A stretch of DNA of 64,000 nucleotides from Lysobacterales bacterium. GTDB lineage: Bacteria; Pseudomonadota; Gammaproteobacteria; Xanthomonadales; BPKI01. The notes under the pieces are model-generated. The model was not told the DNA's origin, searched no databases, and worked only from the letters and a program-made list of their open reading frames with translations. Shown in pieces: positions 60,966-64,000 of the stretch. Each line of letters begins with the position of its first letter. Within the stretch, counting starts at the first letter, position 1. The position numbers and the translations under genes were made by a program. Location: positions 1,604,566 to 1,668,565 of the forward strand of contig BPKI01000001.1 in assembly GCA_026005055.1 (NCBI GenBank). The letters run 5' to 3'.

Positions 60966-61984
60966 GGCATCGTCTCGGCGGGTGCGGCACGGGCGCATTC
61001 AGCGATCAGCGAGGGGCCGCGGAAGATCAAGCCGGTGTAAAGCTGGATCAGATCGGCGCCGGCGGCGAAGCGGCGCTCGGCATCCTCCGCGGAGAGAATG
61101 CCGCCGACGCCGATCAGCAGAGGCTCAGGTCCGAGCCGTTCACGCATCTCTCGCAGGATGGTTTCGGCCAGCGGACGCAAGGGACGACCGGAAAGACCGC
61201 CCGGTTCCCTCGCCAGGGGATGGCGCTCCAGACCCGGGCGAGCGAGGGTGGTGTTGGTGAGCACCAGGCCCTCGATGCCGAGCTCTCGGACCGCGGCTGC
61301 GAGCGCATCGAGCTCTTGCGACGCGAGATCGGGCGCAAGCTTGAACAGCAGGGGCGGGCGCCGCCCGTGCCGCGTCTCGAGGCGCTCGCGAGCATCGAGC
61401 AAAGCCGAGGCCAGCGTGCGCAGCGCGCTGGCGCTCTGCAGCCCGCGCAGACCCGGGGTGTTCGGCGAGGAGACGTTGATCGTGAAGTAATCGGCATACG
61501 GGAACAAGCGCTCGAGGCACGCGCGATAATCCCTGTCGGCCTCTTCGTTCGGCGTGTCTTTGTTGCGGCCGATGTTGATGCCGAGCACCGGCGGGCGCCT
61601 TCGGAGCCTCTCGAGCCGCTGCGCGAGCGCCTCCATCCCTTCGTTGTTGAAGCCCATGCGATTGATCAGGGCCTCGTGCTCAAGGAGGCGGAAAAGGCGA
61701 GGTCGCGGATTGCCCGGTTGTGGCCGCGGCGTGACCGTGCCGATTTCAACGAAGCCGAAACCGAATGCGGAAAGCCCTTCGAGGGCTTTGCCGTCCTTGT
61801 CCCAGCCGGCCGCGAGCCCGACCGGATTCGGGAAAAGCAGGCCGAGGCGTCGCCGCGGCCGGGCCGCGACTCGCGGCGCGAGCAAGCTGGCGAGCCGAGG
61901 GGAAAAGGAGAGGGCACCGAGGGCTGCCGCGTGCGCAGCCTCGGGGGGCAGGGCGAAGAGGAAAGGGCGAAGGAGGGAGTACAC
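60962..61984 (-). CDS. pyrD: Dihydroorotate dehydrogenase (quinone), class 2
   Basis: 340 aa: MYSLLRPFLFALPPEAAHAAAL...NPVGLAAGWDKDG...FVEIGTVTPRPQPGNPRPRLFRL. Confidence 0.95.
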   Translation of the reverse strand: MYSLLRPFLFALPPEAAHAAALGALSFSPRLASLLAPRVAARPRRRLGLLFPNPVGLAAGWDKDGKALEGLSAFGFGFVEIGTVTPRPQPGNPRPRLFRLLEHEALINRMGFNNEGMEALAQRLERLRRRPPVLGINIGRNKDTPNEEADRDYRACLERLFPYADYFTINVSSPNTPGLRGLQSASALRTLASALLDARERLETRHGRRPPLLFKLAPDLASQELDALAAAVRELGIEGLVLTNTTLARPGLERHPLAREPGGLSGRPLRPLAETILREMRERLGPEPLLIGVGGILSAEDAERRFAAGADLIQLYTGLIFRGPSLIAECARAAPAETMP

Positions 61985-62046
61985 GGCCAGTTGCGGCGCG
62001 GCATGTTAGCGCAGAAGCGCCGAGGCGTTGGTACCCCTCGACGAAA

Positions 62047-62070
62047 TGGGGCCCGGAAGACCGGGCCCCA
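62047..62070 (-). terminator. Candidate intrinsic terminator after tRNA-Pro (TGGGGCCCGG-TCTT-CCGGGCCCCA then TTTCGT on the minus strand)
   Basis: Perfect 10-bp GC stem, 4-nt loop and a short U-containing tail, 7 nt downstream of the tRNA 3' end. Confidence 0.55.
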
Positions 62071-62076
62071 TGGGAT

Positions 62077-62153
<77 letters not shown>

Positions 62154-62244
62154 CCGAGAGGCGAAAAAGTCTAAGGCCAACGCCGCCTCTGGGCAATCGC
62201 CGGTCGCTTCGGCGCAGCGATGGCGGCAGCCTTAGACTGGCGGC

Positions 62245-63573
62245 ATGGATCGTGGCGATCTCTTCACGGGTCCCTTCGACCCCAGACCGCTCGCCGAGCG
62301 GATGCGCCCGCGTCGTCTCGAGGAGATCGTCGGGCAGGAACGCCTGCTCGCGCCTGGTGCGGCCTTGGGTGAGGCCCTGCGCGCCGGCCACCTCCATTCG
62401 ATGATCCTCTGGGGTCCGCCGGGAACCGGCAAGACCAGTCTCGCTCAGCTCGTGGCGGAAGCCGGGGACGCCGAGTTCGAGGCGCTTTCGGCGGTGACCG
62501 CGGGATTGCCCGAGGTGCGCAAGTTGCTGCGCGAGGCCGAGCAGCGCGTGGTCCTGGGGCGGCGCACGGTGCTGTTCGTGGATGAGGTGCATCGCTTCAA
62601 CAAGGCGCAGCAGGATGCCTTCCTGCCTGCGATCGAGCGGGGCAGCATTGTCTTCGTCGGCGCTACCACCGAAAACCCGAGTTTCGAGCTCAACTCGGCG
62701 CTGCTTTCGCGCTGCCGAGTGTATGTCCTCGAGGCGCTCAAGGTGCCCGCGATCCTCACGGTCCTGCGCCGTGCCCTCGCCACTCCCGAACGGGGCCTCG
62801 GGGCCCGCGGTCTGAGCGCCGACGAAGAGGCGTTGATGCTGATCGCCGAAGCCGCCGACGGTGATCTTCGCCGGGCGCTGACCATGCTCGAGCTTGCCGC
62901 GGATCTGGCCAAAGAAGGGCGGATTGCGCGCGAGACGGCCCTCGCTGTGGTCAGCGACCGACGTCGCCGTTTCGACCGGAAGGGCGAGCAGTTCTATGAC
63001 CAGATCTCCGCCCTTCACAAATCGGTGCGAAGCTCGGACCCCGACGCCGCGCTGTACTGGTTGGCGCGAATGCTCGACGGCGGCGCCGATCCCGACTTCC
63101 TCGCGCGTCGCCTCGTGCGGATGGCGGCGGAGGACATCGGCTTGGCCGATCCCCGTGCGCTGCCCTTTACGGTGGCGGCCTGGCAAGCCTGGGAACGCCT
63201 CGGCTCACCCGAAGGCGAACTTGCGCTCGCCGAGGCGGCGGTGTACCTCGCCTGCGCGCCCAAGAGCAACGCGCTTTATCGAGCCTTCGCGGAAGCGAGG
63301 GCCGCGGTCGAGGCGCACGGCTCCCTGGAAGTGCCCTTGCATCTGCGCAATGCGCCCACCCCACTGATGCGTGAGCTGGGCTACGGCGCGGGCTATCGTT
63401 ACGACCACGACGAACCCGAAGGCATCGCGCTCGGCCAGCGCTGCCTGCCCGAAGAGCTGGGCGAGCCGGTGTTCTACCAGCCGAGCGAGCGCGGCGCCGA
63501 AGGGAGGTTGAGGGAGTGGTTGAGCGCATTGCGCGAGCGGCGGCGGCGAGCGCGGGCTGACGAAGAGCCCTGA
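62245..63573 (+). CDS. rarA: Replication-associated recombination protein A (AAA+ ATPase)
   Basis: 442 aa: Walker [12 protein letters not shown], Walker [17 protein letters not shown] and a MgsA C-terminal domain (...[24 protein letters not shown]). Confidence 0.93.
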   Translation: MDRGDLFTGPFDPRPLAERMRPRRLEEIVGQERLLAPGAALGEALRAGHLHSMILWGPPGTGKTSLAQLVAEAGDAEFEALSAVTAGLPEVRKLLREAEQRVVLGRRTVLFVDEVHRFNKAQQDAFLPAIERGSIVFVGATTENPSFELNSALLSRCRVYVLEALKVPAILTVLRRALATPERGLGARGLSADEEALMLIAEAADGDLRRALTMLELAADLAKEGRIARETALAVVSDRRRRFDRKGEQFYDQISALHKSVRSSDPDAALYWLARMLDGGADPDFLARRLVRMAAEDIGLADPRALPFTVAAWQAWERLGSPEGELALAEAAVYLACAPKSNALYRAFAEARAAVEAHGSLEVPLHLRNAPTPLMRELGYGAGYRYDHDEPEGIALGQRCLPEELGEPVFYQPSERGAEGRLREWLSALRERRRRARADEEP

Positions 63574-63617
63574 GCGGCTACAATCGCCGCCCATCGTCCT
63601 TCCAAGATGCCTTCGCC

Positions 63618-64000
63618 ATGCTCGATCCCCAGCTGCTTCGCCGCGATCTCGACCGGGTGGCGGAAGCCTTGGCGCGCCGCGGCTTTGCGCTGCCGAGGGA
63701 ACGGCTTCGCGCCATCGAAGCGCGCCGGAAAGCATTCCAGACGGAAGTGGAGCGCCTTCAGGCCGAGCGCAATGCCCGCTCGAAGGCCATCGGCATCGCC
63801 AAGGCGAAGGGCGAAGACCCAAGCGGCTTGCTGGCCGAGGTCGCCGGCCTCGGCGAACGACTGCAGGGGCTCGAGCGGGAGCTCGCCGAGGTGTTGCGGG
63901 AATGGGAGGCGATCGCGCTCGAGATCCCGAACCTCCCCCACGAGAGCGTCCCTCTGGGCCGCGACGAGCAGGACAACCGCGAGCTTCGCCGCTTTGGCGA
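63618..64000 (+). CDS. serS: Serine--tRNA ligase, N-terminal part; 3' end lies outside the window
   Basis: ATG 63618: [26 protein letters not shown]...[20 protein letters not shown] is the typical SerRS coiled-coil arm. Frame is open to the window end. Confidence 0.88.
   Translation, partial: MLDPQLLRRDLDRVAEALARRGFALPRERLRAIEARRKAFQTEVERLQAERNARSKAIGIAKAKGEDPSGLLAEVAGLGERLQGLERELAEVLREWEAIALEIPNLPHESVPLGRDEQDNRELRRFG

Overview
This is a high-GC, gene-dense chromosomal core region from a proteobacterium (GC judged by eye, not computed). The gene order hrcA-grpE-dnaK-dnaJ-dapB-carA-carB-greA-(RpfE-like)-recJ-prfB-lysS looks gammaproteobacterial and Xanthomonadales-like. I support about 52 protein genes and one tRNA-Pro(CGG). 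I saw no rRNA, CRISPR array, transposase, integrase or prophage signature. Most genes are housekeeping: gyrA, mtnA, ugd, split metH, fadD, smpB, ratA/rnfH, bamE, fur, recN, the heat-shock locus, dapB, carAB, greA, recJ, prfB with its +1 frameshift, lysS, an acyl-CoA dehydrogenase, a giant NAD-glutamate dehydrogenase, hisS, murB, pyrD, rarA and serS. The least ordinary stretch is about 16.3-26.1 kb. It holds an OmpR-type two-component system flanked by two ArnT/PMT-type glycosyltransferases plus a GT2 and a small LAB_N membrane protein. Convergent to that is an operon of EF-hand protein, ECF sigma, mini anti-sigma and a CpxP/CnrX-like periplasmic protein. Next comes a crcB-crcB-DUF190 set directly behind smpB. 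Other points worth a second look are listed here.
- A SahR-like regulator, split MetH and a secreted M14 peptidase are chained by ATGA overlaps, with a perfect palindrome over the regulator's RBS.
- An exported S9 peptidase sits between carA and carB.
- A divergent MIO-type (HAL-like) ammonia-lyase is coupled to hisS.
- A structured, lower-GC 326-bp spacer lies upstream of hisS.
Many long ORFs on the six-frame track are antisense or alternate-frame high-GC artefacts and were rejected. All calls rest on reading the translations and the DNA by eye; no database search was possible.
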